64,000 nucleotides of DNA from Candidatus Magasanikiibacteriota bacterium (GTDB taxonomy: Bacteria; Patescibacteriota; Patescibacteriia; Magasanikbacterales; GWA2-37-8), in the NCBI GenBank assembly GCA_023246655.1, contig JAHFHX010000001.1, positions 28,648-92,647 on the forward strand, read 5' to 3'. Both the position numbers and the translations under genes were made by a program. Of the stretch, positions 47,926 through 56,987 are shown piece by piece (within the stretch, counting starts at the first letter, position 1; every line of letters begins with the position of its first letter). The notes beneath the pieces are model-generated. The model was not told where the DNA came from and made no database searches. It was given only the letters and a program-made list of their open reading frames with translations.

Positions 47926-48540
47926 ATGAAAGTCATTCATATTATTCCCTCAGCCTTTAGTTATTTTGATGATATTCGTTCCAATGCGTTTTATGTGGTA
48001 GATAATCTCAGCAAGATTGGGGTAGAAACAGAGGCTATTACTATTGAGTTTGGGATGACGGTACCCACTGCTGTTCGTGAAGCGATTGGGGAAGAAGCAC
48101 CTTCCCAAAAATATCAGGGACTGGCTCCCATGTCTCAGGTTATGGCATCGCTCGATCAGTTTGATATTATTCACGTCCATTGTCCGCTGTTTGGTGCCGC
48201 GGGAAAAATTCTTAGTTGGAAGCGCCAGCATCCTAACCGCTGTTTAGTAGTAACCTACTATCGCCGGGTAATGATACCAGATTTTTTTAGCTTACTCATC
48301 GTTGCCTATAATTTTTATTATCTACCACGTTTGCTGGCCGCGGCGGAAGTAGTAATAACCCCGGCATTACGTAGTATGCCTTGGAGCTTACAACGCCGGA
48401 ATCAACGGATAATTGAAATTGATGAATCTCCTAGTTTTAACGGCGTTGATGTGACAGTTAACCCGGATGGAGAAGTGTTATCTCCCGGAGAGCAGCTTGC
48501 CATGAAATATGCCATGGTGTATACTACTATCGTTAATTAA
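47926..48540 (+). CDS. hypothetical protein resembling the N-terminal domain of GT4 glycosyltransferases
   Basis: MKVIHIIPSAFSYFDD...FDIIHVHCPLFGAAG is GT4-N-like. The start codon is embedded in the conserved TAATCTGTGTTATG motif. Confidence 0.5.
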   Translation: MKVIHIIPSAFSYFDDIRSNAFYVVDNLSKIGVETEAITIEFGMTVPTAVREAIGEEAPSQKYQGLAPMSQVMASLDQFDIIHVHCPLFGAAGKILSWKRQHPNRCLVVTYYRRVMIPDFFSLLIVAYNFYYLPRLLAAAEVVITPALRSMPWSLQRRNQRIIEIDESPSFNGVDVTVNPDGEVLSPGEQLAMKYAMVYTTIVN

Positions 48541-48572
48541 AATTTGTATTTTCTATTAATTAATATTAATTT

Positions 48573-49424
48573 ATGGAAGAAAAGAAATCATTTTTTGAAT
48601 TACTCGATCCTAAAAATGCTCTTATTGTTGGCGTAATTGGAGGGTTGCTTACATTGGGAACACTTGGTTTTATTGTACTTGGAATTTTGTTCCTTAAGGG
48701 TGACGTTAAATTTTCAGCAATATCACTGGCGCCAACGGTAGCCCCAGTCGCCAATCAATTAGCGGCGCAACCAGCACCAACACCACCAGCCAATATTCCT
48801 AAAACCGATCGACCGAAAGTGGAGCTTTTTGTGATGTCGTATTGTCCGTTTGGTCTCCAGATGCAAAAAGCTTATGCACCAGCGTGGGAACTTCTTGAAG
48901 GCAAAGCTGATATTGATGTGAAATTTGTTTCCTATGCTATGCATGAATTGAAAGAAGTTGAGGAAAATACTCGCCAGTATTGTATTGAACAGGAAGAGCC
49001 GAGCAAATACATTGCTTATCTGAAATGTTTTACGACCAGCGGTGATTATAAATCTTGTATGAGCACCGCGGCTATTAACACATCGAAAATCGATCGGTGT
49101 TATACTGCTACCGATAAAAAATTTGGTGTGATGGCTGAATATAATAACAAAAGTAAGTGGCTTTCCGGACGTTTCCCGGTGTACCCAATTCATCAGAAAT
49201 TAAATGATACGTATGGCGTGCAAGGATCGCCAACCTTGATAATTAATGGTGTATTGGCAGAAGTTGGACGAACCCCCGAAGCAGTTAAACAAGCAATTTG
49301 TGCCGCCTTTACCAACCCGCCCGTGGAGTGTGGACAGCCCTTAAGTAACTTGGCATTCCAACCAGGATTTGGTGCTGGTCAAGCTGCGGCGGCAGGAGCG
49401 ACGCAGCCAGGGTGCGGAACCTAA
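48573..49424 (+). CDS. membrane-anchored thioredoxin-fold protein (DsbA-like thiol-disulfide oxidoreductase)
   Basis: N-terminal TM segment, then a thioredoxin-like domain (VELFVMSYCPFGLQMQKAYAP...VQGSPTLIINGV) containing the CPFG motif. Confidence 0.65.
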   Translation: MEEKKSFFELLDPKNALIVGVIGGLLTLGTLGFIVLGILFLKGDVKFSAISLAPTVAPVANQLAAQPAPTPPANIPKTDRPKVELFVMSYCPFGLQMQKAYAPAWELLEGKADIDVKFVSYAMHELKEVEENTRQYCIEQEEPSKYIAYLKCFTTSGDYKSCMSTAAINTSKIDRCYTATDKKFGVMAEYNNKSKWLSGRFPVYPIHQKLNDTYGVQGSPTLIINGVLAEVGRTPEAVKQAICAAFTNPPVECGQPLSNLAFQPGFGAGQAAAAGATQPGCGT

Positions 49425-49458
49425 TTTTAAGAGCAGTAAGTACTTAAAACTCACTAGT

Positions 49459-49770
49459 ATGGGAAACTTTAAAAAAGGGCTTTTTCTTGGTGGTCTTGTT
49501 GGGGCAGCACTTATGTGGCTCAATGCCACGCCGAAGGGAAAAGAAATGCGAGCTAAACTTGTGTTGCATCTTGAACCTCTTTATGTTGAGCTTAAAGCTA
49601 GTCTTAAACAGCTTGAGGGGCCAACCAAAGAAATGTATGATGCTTTGGTGGAGCGAGCGGTTGAAGAGTATGGCGCTAAAAAGCAATTAGCGGGAGAAAT
49701 GAGAAATGTTCTCATGCGCGAATTAAAGAAGAAATGGCATGAGCTCGAAAAAGAACTGAATCAATCCTAA
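49459..49770 (+). CDS. YtxH-like small protein
   Basis: MGNFKKGLFLGGLVGAALMWL N-terminus, then a helical K/E-rich region. Confidence 0.45.
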   Translation: MGNFKKGLFLGGLVGAALMWLNATPKGKEMRAKLVLHLEPLYVELKASLKQLEGPTKEMYDALVERAVEEYGAKKQLAGEMRNVLMRELKKKWHELEKELNQS

Positions 49771-49785
49771 GTATACAACCCCCGA

Positions 49786-51630
49786 TTATTTCGGGGGATT
49801 TTTTTCTATATCCTCTACTACCAGTTGCAATTCTCGGTTTCCGTTCCATTCGTTTACTCCAACGGTAAAGGCTATATTAATTATATCGCCTGGTTTCAAA
49901 TTCACTTTCCAATTAGCCGGATGGCGTTCTGCATCTCCAAAACCAAACGCGATAGTTTTACGGACTACGTGAGAATTATGTTTTACCATAAGACGTAGGT
50001 GTTTGCCATCTTGTCCAACGGGTTCTACACCCATAACGGTGAGCCTATATGCAGCATACATTGGTTCTTCGTTGGCTTGGCCAAAGGGCGCAAATTTTTC
50101 TAAGAGATCATAGAGCTTCCAATTTATTTCATCCAAATCGATTTTAGCATCAATGTGAATTTGTGGGGTAAGATCGAGGTCAGCGCAACCAGCCGTGGCT
50201 TTTTCTAGCATCGTTTTTTTAAAATTCTCCAATATTTCTGGACTCTTTAACGAAAATCCACAGGCCTGCGGATGGCCGCCGAATTTTTGAAAAAATTCCG
50301 GAATAGTTTTGAGCGTTTCAATCATATTAAATCCAGGAACCGAGCGTCCCGAGCCGGTAATAATCTCATTATTTAACCCCATCACCAGAGTTGGTTTGTA
50401 GAATTCTTCTTTAAGACGACTGGCGATTAATCCTAAAATTCCAGTGCTCCACCCTTCGCCTAGAACAAACAAGATCGGATTCTTTTCTTGTTGCTGTTTC
50501 ACAATCTGATAACGTGCTTGGAGCACCAACTGTTCGGTTAATTTTTGACGGTCAACATTGCTCTTGGAGAGTTGCTCGGCGAGCTCCGTAGCTTCGGCTT
50601 CAGTTTCCGCCATAAGAAGCTTAAAGGCAGCGTTAGCGTGGTCCATGCGCCCGGCAGCATTAATACGGGGAGCAATTTGGAACCCAATCGTATGGGTATC
50701 AAACGTTCGTTTTGATTCACCATTCTCATTCACGAGCCCAGCAGAGATAAGTAGTTGTTTAAGTCCTCGATTGCGCGTTTTGTTAAGTACCATTAGGCCA
50801 TAGCTTACCATGGTTCGTGATTCCCCGGTGAGTGGCACCATGTCGGCAACGGTTGAGATTGCTACTAGATCTAGCAACCATTTTTCAAATGATTCATGTG
50901 ATTGACCGTCTGGAAACAATGGCGTAGTACTTATTTCTTGATGTCGTTTCAGTAGTGCCTGGACTAATTTAAATGCCACCCCACCGCCAGCCAAAGTTTT
51001 ATCGGGATATTTTTCTTTTGGAACCAAAGGGTGAATAATAGCATGAGCTGGAGGAAATACGGCCGGCATTGCGTGGTGATCGGTTACAATTACCTGCATT
51101 CCAAGATTTTTTGCCAAAGTAATTTCTTCTGTGTTGCTAATGCCACAGTCGCACGTTATAATAAGATCGGTTCCGCCATCTTTTAAAAATTGGACCGTGC
51201 GACTGTTGAGTCCGTAGCCATCAATTTCGCGATGGGGAAGAAAAATGTCGGTATTAGTGGCTCCTAATTTTTTAAGACATAACATGATCACAGCGGCGGC
51301 GCATACCCCATCAGCATCATAATCACCGTGCACGACAATTTTTTTATCATTCTTAATGCAATCAAAAATAATGGCCACGGCCTTTTCCATGTCATTAAAA
51401 AGAAACGGGTCATGGAGATCCGTCAAATAATCTGGATTCAAGAATTCATCAATTTGTTCCTGTGTTCTGAGCCCTCGATTCCAGAGGAGTTGAGCGATAT
51501 TCGCCAAGAGTTCCGGGTGTTCATTGAGGAATTCTTGAGGCGGTGGAGGTGCGATAATCCATTTTTTAGACACAAATGTAGGTAAGTAAGTTATTTCCCC
51601 ATTTCTTTTTTGGTAAATAATTTTTTCCAT
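49786..51630 (-). CDS. recJ: single-stranded-DNA-specific exonuclease RecJ
   Basis: DHH motifs VHGDYDADGVCAAAVIM and ITCDCG, and a DHHA1 domain with the GGH motif. Confidence 0.85.
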   Translation of the reverse strand: MEKIIYQKRNGEITYLPTFVSKKWIIAPPPPQEFLNEHPELLANIAQLLWNRGLRTQEQIDEFLNPDYLTDLHDPFLFNDMEKAVAIIFDCIKNDKKIVVHGDYDADGVCAAAVIMLCLKKLGATNTDIFLPHREIDGYGLNSRTVQFLKDGGTDLIITCDCGISNTEEITLAKNLGMQVIVTDHHAMPAVFPPAHAIIHPLVPKEKYPDKTLAGGGVAFKLVQALLKRHQEISTTPLFPDGQSHESFEKWLLDLVAISTVADMVPLTGESRTMVSYGLMVLNKTRNRGLKQLLISAGLVNENGESKRTFDTHTIGFQIAPRINAAGRMDHANAAFKLLMAETEAEATELAEQLSKSNVDRQKLTEQLVLQARYQIVKQQQEKNPILFVLGEGWSTGILGLIASRLKEEFYKPTLVMGLNNEIITGSGRSVPGFNMIETLKTIPEFFQKFGGHPQACGFSLKSPEILENFKKTMLEKATAGCADLDLTPQIHIDAKIDLDEINWKLYDLLEKFAPFGQANEEPMYAAYRLTVMGVEPVGQDGKHLRLMVKHNSHVVRKTIAFGFGDAERHPANWKVNLKPGDIINIAFTVGVNEWNGNRELQLVVEDIEKNPPK

Positions 51631-51998
51631 CTTAACTCCCGGAAGTCCCAGTACGAATCAGCTAAAAAACAGGTAAAGAGAATGAACATTAATTCCAGTG
51701 ACCAATACTCGGCAGCTGGGAGCGGGGTCTGGTAGCTCGCAAACAGCAGTATTCCAAATATAATCCAATAAACAACAGTTTTGGTTGTTAGATGGCGGAA
51801 TTCCTGTTTTTTTATGTGGCTCCGAATATGCCACAACATAATTCCATAGAGCATAATCACCGGTCCGGCAATGAACCATTCGTATTCATGGGGGTCAGCT
51901 CCCCACTGCTTCATGAGTGCGAATGCCGACCAGAGAATAGCGGACAAGGCAAAAAATAGAAATACGATATCGAGCTGGTATTTTCGGAGTAAGACCAT
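51591..51998 (-). CDS. hypothetical small membrane protein (135 aa, 4 TM)
   Basis: ORF with hydrophobic segments. Overlaps the recJ start by 40 nt. Confidence 0.4.
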   Translation of the reverse strand: MVLLRKYQLDIVFLFFALSAILWSAFALMKQWGADPHEYEWFIAGPVIMLYGIMLWHIRSHIKKQEFRHLTTKTVVYWIIFGILLFASYQTPLPAAEYWSLELMFILFTCFLADSYWDFRELRWKKLFTKKEMGK

Positions 51999-52104
51999 AC
52001 AACAATGCTAATCTACAAATTTTTATCCGAATTTACTAATGTCCTAGTAATGGCGAATATTAATTTGTCTTATTAGGATATTCGTAGATTCGGATTATAT
52101 ATGT

Positions 52105-52200
52105 TTATTGGAACGCCGGAGCAATAGTAAAAAAGAGCATCGCCACGATGCCAATAATAGCAATTAATATCCACAGAGCTTTGCGAGTTTTTCGTTTCAT
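52105..52200 (-). CDS. putative 31-aa single-TM small protein (MKRKTRKALWILIAIIGIVAMLFFTIAPAFQ)
   Basis: Not in the ORF track. Its ATG overlaps the stop of the upstream gene as ATGA (52197-52200), which suggests translational coupling. The peptide has a basic N-terminus followed by a hydrophobic helix. Confidence 0.3.
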   Translation of the reverse strand: MKRKTRKALWILIAIIGIVAMLFFTIAPAFQ

Positions 52201-52544
52201 ATACTAGTGGTTTTGTTTTTTAGACTGTAGCGAAAAGTGAGTCGCCATGTTCTATCTTGTTTTTGTTGTAACTCAATTTTAGATGTCTTAGCATCTTTTA
52301 GAGCAATATGATTGTTACTTGTATATCCTAAACCAACTAAGGTATCAAAAACTATTCCACCAGGGTGGTTCATTAATAAATCGACCTGGTCCTCGGAAGG
52401 GCGGCCGTCAAAATCAATTACAAACAGTGTATCTGTATTTGTGGTTGAAATTCTAACGTCGGTAATTCTTTTCAGCTCAAGATTACCCTCTCGACGTTGG
52501 GGGTTATAGCCAACTTCTTCTGTAAAGGGAGGTCGCCTGCGCAT
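52197..52544 (-). CDS. hypothetical protein (115 aa)
   Basis: ORF only. Confidence 0.4.
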   Translation of the reverse strand: MRRRPPFTEEVGYNPQRREGNLELKRITDVRISTTNTDTLFVIDFDGRPSEDQVDLLMNHPGGIVFDTLVGLGYTSNNHIALKDAKTSKIELQQKQDRTWRLTFRYSLKNKTTSI

Positions 52545-52559
52545 AGGTGAAAAATTTAA

Positions 52560-54449
52560 TTATCTTTTTAAAACTGCTAAATACGCTTCTGAAGGGATGT
52601 CTACTTTTCCGTGCGCTTTCATTCGTTCCTTGCCTTTCTTTTGTTTTTTCAGGAGTTTCATTTTTCGGGTCACGTCACCACCACTCATTTTAGCAAGCAC
52701 ATCTTTGCGCAAGGCAGAGAGTCGTTCGGCGGCAATTATTTTACCACCAATCGCAGCTTGAATTTTAAGTTCAAACTGTTGTTTTGGCAGACTCTCTTTG
52801 AGCGATTCCACAATTTTTTTACCTGTCGCATAAGCCGCATCTTTCCAAACCAGCGTGGTAAGTGCCTCGACCAGCTCTTCCGCAACCAGAATCTCCAACT
52901 TTACGACCTCGGTTGGCTCGTATTGTTTCAATTCATAATTCATGGAGGCATACCCGGACGTGACTGTCTTTAGCTTATCATAAAAATCAGTCACGAGCGA
53001 GGCTAGTGGGATTTCGTAATGCAAGAGTGCGCGTTGGTCTACGCCTGTGCTTAAGTACTCGGTATTGATATAGCGACCTTTACGTTCGGCAATGAGCCCC
53101 ATTACACTGCCAACGTAATCTTTAGGGGTAATGATATCAAGGGTCATCCAGGGTTCTTCGACCGTCATAATATAATTGGAGTCAGGCATTTCTTGTGGAC
53201 TCCGAACCAAGAGTTTATCCTCGTTCATTTTTTTTACACGGTACGCTACACTTGGTACGGTAATAATTATCTCCAAGTCGTGTTCGCGCTTCAAGCGTTC
53301 TTGAAAAATATCCAGGTGGAGCATTCCAAGGAAACCACATCGGAAACCAAACCCGAGCGCTTGGGAGTGTTCTGGTTCATACATCAAGGAAGAATCGCTT
53401 AATTTAAGTTTATCAATCGCGTCCCGGAGTTCCTGGTAGGCACTACCTTCTTTCGGAAAAATGCCAGCAAAAACCATGGGTTTGACTTCTTTATAGCCAG
53501 GGAGTGATTCGCGGGCAGTTGGATTGCTATCCTCATCAAGTGTCGTAATTGTATCACCCACACGACAATCCTGTACCTCTTTAAGGCCAGTTACGACATA
53601 ACCAATTTCACCATTCATGAGCCGTTCAGCCGGAACAAATTTAGGTGAGTAATAGCCAAGTTCTAGAATTTCCACCTCCGCATGCGTAGACATAAAATAA
53701 ATTTTGTCTCCCTTCTTGAGAGCCCCATCAACAATCCTCACGGAAGTAACCACTCCCTTATATTCATTAAATTGCGAATCAAAAATGAGTGCTCGGGCCG
53801 GTTTTATAGAGTTATCTGGTGGGGGAGGAATACGTTCCACGATCGCTGTAAGGATTTCGGCGACTCCGTGTCCAGTTTTTCCCGAAGCCAGGAGAATTTC
53901 ATTTTCTCGACATCCTAATAAATGTATAATTTCGGCTTTCGTTTTTTCTACATTCGCAATCGGCATGTCGATTTTGTTGATGACTGGAATAATGGTCAAA
54001 TTTTGTTCCAAAGCAAGATACAGGTTTCCAATCGTCTGTGCTTGTACGCCTTGGGTGGCGTCCACCAGGAGAATGGCGCCTTCCACAGCAGCGAGGGAAC
54101 GAGAAACTTCGTAATTAAAGTCGACGTGACCGGGAGTGTCAATGAGATTGAGGACTACGGTCGATGGACTACGGACTACGGCCTGATCACGCTGGTTGTC
54201 TGTGGTCTGTGGTCTGTGGTCTGTGGTCTCGTACAACATACGCACCGGCGCCAGCTTAATCGTTATCCCTCGTTCTCGCTCTAAATCCATACTATCAAGC
54301 AGTTGGCTTTTCATGTCACGTTTGGATACCGTTCCGGTTAATTCTAAAAAGCGATCAGCGAGTGTTGATTTGCCATGATCAATGTGAGCGATGATACAAA
54401 AATTTCTAATCCGAGTATTCATATTTTTACCTAGGCACCACCATATCAA
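52560..54449 (-). CDS. lepA: translation elongation factor 4 (LepA)
   Basis: G1 AHIDHGKSTLADR, G3 DTPGHVDF, and the C-terminal LepA domain. The G-domain contains an insertion encoded by short tandem repeats. Confidence 0.93.
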   Translation of the reverse strand: MIWWCLGKNMNTRIRNFCIIAHIDHGKSTLADRFLELTGTVSKRDMKSQLLDSMDLERERGITIKLAPVRMLYETTDHRPQTTDNQRDQAVVRSPSTVVLNLIDTPGHVDFNYEVSRSLAAVEGAILLVDATQGVQAQTIGNLYLALEQNLTIIPVINKIDMPIANVEKTKAEIIHLLGCRENEILLASGKTGHGVAEILTAIVERIPPPPDNSIKPARALIFDSQFNEYKGVVTSVRIVDGALKKGDKIYFMSTHAEVEILELGYYSPKFVPAERLMNGEIGYVVTGLKEVQDCRVGDTITTLDEDSNPTARESLPGYKEVKPMVFAGIFPKEGSAYQELRDAIDKLKLSDSSLMYEPEHSQALGFGFRCGFLGMLHLDIFQERLKREHDLEIIITVPSVAYRVKKMNEDKLLVRSPQEMPDSNYIMTVEEPWMTLDIITPKDYVGSVMGLIAERKGRYINTEYLSTGVDQRALLHYEIPLASLVTDFYDKLKTVTSGYASMNYELKQYEPTEVVKLEILVAEELVEALTTLVWKDAAYATGKKIVESLKESLPKQQFELKIQAAIGGKIIAAERLSALRKDVLAKMSGGDVTRKMKLLKKQKKGKERMKAHGKVDIPSEAYLAVLKR

Positions 54450-54476
54450 ATTTGATACCTTTATATCGTATTCTGT

Positions 54477-56099
54477 TTATAACCCTTCAGCCTCATCAAT
54501 CCCTGCCGGTACATTCCAGAGCCGAAGCCAACGGCGCTTGAGGCTGGCGTGCAGATGTATCATTTCATGTACCTTTAGGCAGTAACAAATTATTCCGTAC
54601 ACCAAAAGCCCTACCGTACCAGAAATAAACCCTTGCAACAGAATACCCCAAAAGCGGTTAAGATCAAGTACCCCAGCGAGTGGAAATTTGAGGAATTGGA
54701 TAGTGAGCCCCATCGCGCAGGCGGCGATAGCAACCCTATAGAACATGTGGAATAATTTTCCTTCCTCAATCGAACCTGATTCTATCCGCAGAGCAATAAT
54801 GAGCATGAGAGCGTTAAGTATTGCGCCAATTGAACTCGCGAGAGCAAGCCCGGCCACGCCAAGCGGTCTCATTAGGATGAGGGCAGCAATAATTGCTATC
54901 AGTTCAGCAATGACGCCAAGAGTAAAGGGAGTTTTGGTATTGGAAAGAGCGTAGAACGCTCGGGCGTAGAGTGGAACAAGAGACTGGGCAAAGAGTCCGA
55001 GCGCAAAGAATGCTAGTGTGTTGGCAGTGGCGATGGTAGCTCGCCAATCAAAGGCGCCAGTACCATAAAAAACACGTACAATTTGTGCACGCAAGAGCAG
55101 AATAATTATTGCAATTGGAATAATAAGAAACAGGATTTGCCGTGTCGTGGCGCTGAGGTGTTCAATAAAACCAGCTCCATTTTTTTTTGCTACCATGGTT
55201 GAAAGTACTGGAAATACTGCCAACGCAAATGGTATGCCAATAATACCAATTGGCACGCCCTGTAAATTGTTCGCTAAATTATAAACTGTTATGCTCCCCG
55301 CCGGCAGGAAGGATGCTAATATGGTAACCACCACGACATTCAGTTGGGTGATAGCAAGGCCAAGCGTGCGTGGAATCATCAATTTACCAATGGTGAGCGT
55401 GTTGGTGTCTTTAAGATTAAATGACCAGTGCCAGCGAAAACCGCTGGCATAGGCCCCATAACATTGAATCCCAGCGTGGAGGAGAGCTCCCAGTACTACC
55501 CCGGCTGCAAGACCTTGAATCCCGAGGGCTGATTTTGTAAGGAGGGTGGCTCCGAGAATAATTCCAATGTTATAAAAGATTGGTGCAATGGAATAGAGAA
55601 TAAATTGTTTCAGGGATTGTAAAATGCCCCCTAGCACCATGGAGATTCCTAAGAGAACCGGAGAGAGGAACATGATGCGAGTGAAGGAAAGTACGAGTTG
55701 TTGGTTGGCGCCCGAGAATCCTGGTGCAATAATTTTGGATAATGGTGCGGTAAAAATTATGCCGAGTCCGAATAAAACCACTAGGGCTAAACCAACAATA
55801 TTAATAATATTATTAGCTAACCGCCATGCTGGAGCTTTATTATCATTGGTATAAAAAAGTTTGGTGAAGGTAGGAATAAACCCTGCGGTTAGTGCTCCTA
55901 CAATGAGTAAATTATAAATTAAGTCAGGAATTTTAAATGCCGCGTAGTAAGCATCCAGTACTGCTCCGGCCCCAAAATAATGTGCAAAAACACGATCGCG
56001 GACTACACCAACCAGGCGACTCGTCAACGTCGCCACTGCAATAACGATCGCAGCGCCGGTAATTGATTTAGATTCAGCAGTTAATAAGCGTGAAATCAT
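54477..56099 (-). CDS. murJ: lipid II flippase MurJ (MviN family)
   Basis: N-terminus AAIVIAVATLTSRLVGVVRDRVFAHYFGAGAVLDAYYAAFKIPDL is a MurJ signature. About 14 TM segments. Confidence 0.88.
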   Translation of the reverse strand: MISRLLTAESKSITGAAIVIAVATLTSRLVGVVRDRVFAHYFGAGAVLDAYYAAFKIPDLIYNLLIVGALTAGFIPTFTKLFYTNDNKAPAWRLANNIINIVGLALVVLFGLGIIFTAPLSKIIAPGFSGANQQLVLSFTRIMFLSPVLLGISMVLGGILQSLKQFILYSIAPIFYNIGIILGATLLTKSALGIQGLAAGVVLGALLHAGIQCYGAYASGFRWHWSFNLKDTNTLTIGKLMIPRTLGLAITQLNVVVVTILASFLPAGSITVYNLANNLQGVPIGIIGIPFALAVFPVLSTMVAKKNGAGFIEHLSATTRQILFLIIPIAIIILLLRAQIVRVFYGTGAFDWRATIATANTLAFFALGLFAQSLVPLYARAFYALSNTKTPFTLGVIAELIAIIAALILMRPLGVAGLALASSIGAILNALMLIIALRIESGSIEEGKLFHMFYRVAIAACAMGLTIQFLKFPLAGVLDLNRFWGILLQGFISGTVGLLVYGIICYCLKVHEMIHLHASLKRRWLRLWNVPAGIDEAEGL

Positions 56100-56839
56100 G
56101 GTGATGGTGGGGCAAAATTGAGTGTGAGTAACGCATACGCCGTACCAATTTTTTGCTCTTCGGTGCGGGCAATGGTGAGTGTCCCCGCAGTGTCATTCTT
56201 GTTAAAGGTAATTTGTCTGCTGTTGCTATTTTGATTCTCTTCGGAAATTGTATATCCTGCTTTGCGCAACTCCTTTTTATAGTACGACATAATAAACCCT
56301 GGCTCAGCATCAAGATTTTTCCATTCAATTTCTATACTATCACGCGGGTCACCAACCGGTGTTTGAATTAACTGCCAGATTCGTTTAAGGTAGTGAGATT
56401 GCTCTTCTGATGGCGTTGGTTCTGGTTCGGACGCTGTGCTGTAGTTGGAATTAGTACGTAGTAATAGTGGTGATAAAATAATTTTTGGGAAGAAAGCGGC
56501 TAATTCAAGACCGCGGCTTTTATATTTTCCCGAGATAAATGTTATTTGTTCAATATTGTCTTTATCATAGAGTGGAATATCGATTGGAAAATGAGCGGGA
56601 AGTGTTTTTATGGTTTTTGGACCTGGGCCAATAGCCAACCACACAGCGATAATGATTGCAATTACAAAAAGTATCACACTACTGCAACCAGTGAGACAGG
56701 TGCGACGGAAGCCAGAATGATGTTTGCTTAATTCTTCAATTGGTGGTTCAACAATTTCGATTTTGTCGATATTCGGACGACGCATAGATATAATATAAAT
56801 CGACGGAATTACAGATACAAAAAAATTACCTCCGTACAC
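56096..56839 (-). CDS. hypothetical membrane-anchored protein (247 aa)
   Basis: One TM segment then an extracytoplasmic domain. ATGA overlap with murJ suggests the same operon. Confidence 0.45.
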   Translation of the reverse strand: MYGGNFFVSVIPSIYIISMRRPNIDKIEIVEPPIEELSKHHSGFRRTCLTGCSSVILFVIAIIIAVWLAIGPGPKTIKTLPAHFPIDIPLYDKDNIEQITFISGKYKSRGLELAAFFPKIILSPLLLRTNSNYSTASEPEPTPSEEQSHYLKRIWQLIQTPVGDPRDSIEIEWKNLDAEPGFIMSYYKKELRKAGYTISEENQNSNSRQITFNKNDTAGTLTIARTEEQKIGTAYALLTLNFAPPSP

Positions 56840-56987
56840 CCGGCTTGTTTCTTGTAGTATAGCAATAAAGTTCGTTTTTGCCTAGCCTAGACTATATTGC
56901 TCTTTTGTTAAGCGACTGATATACTTAACACAGATTATGCGGATTACAATCTGTGTAATCCTCACAAAAATGTGTGTAATCTGTGTT

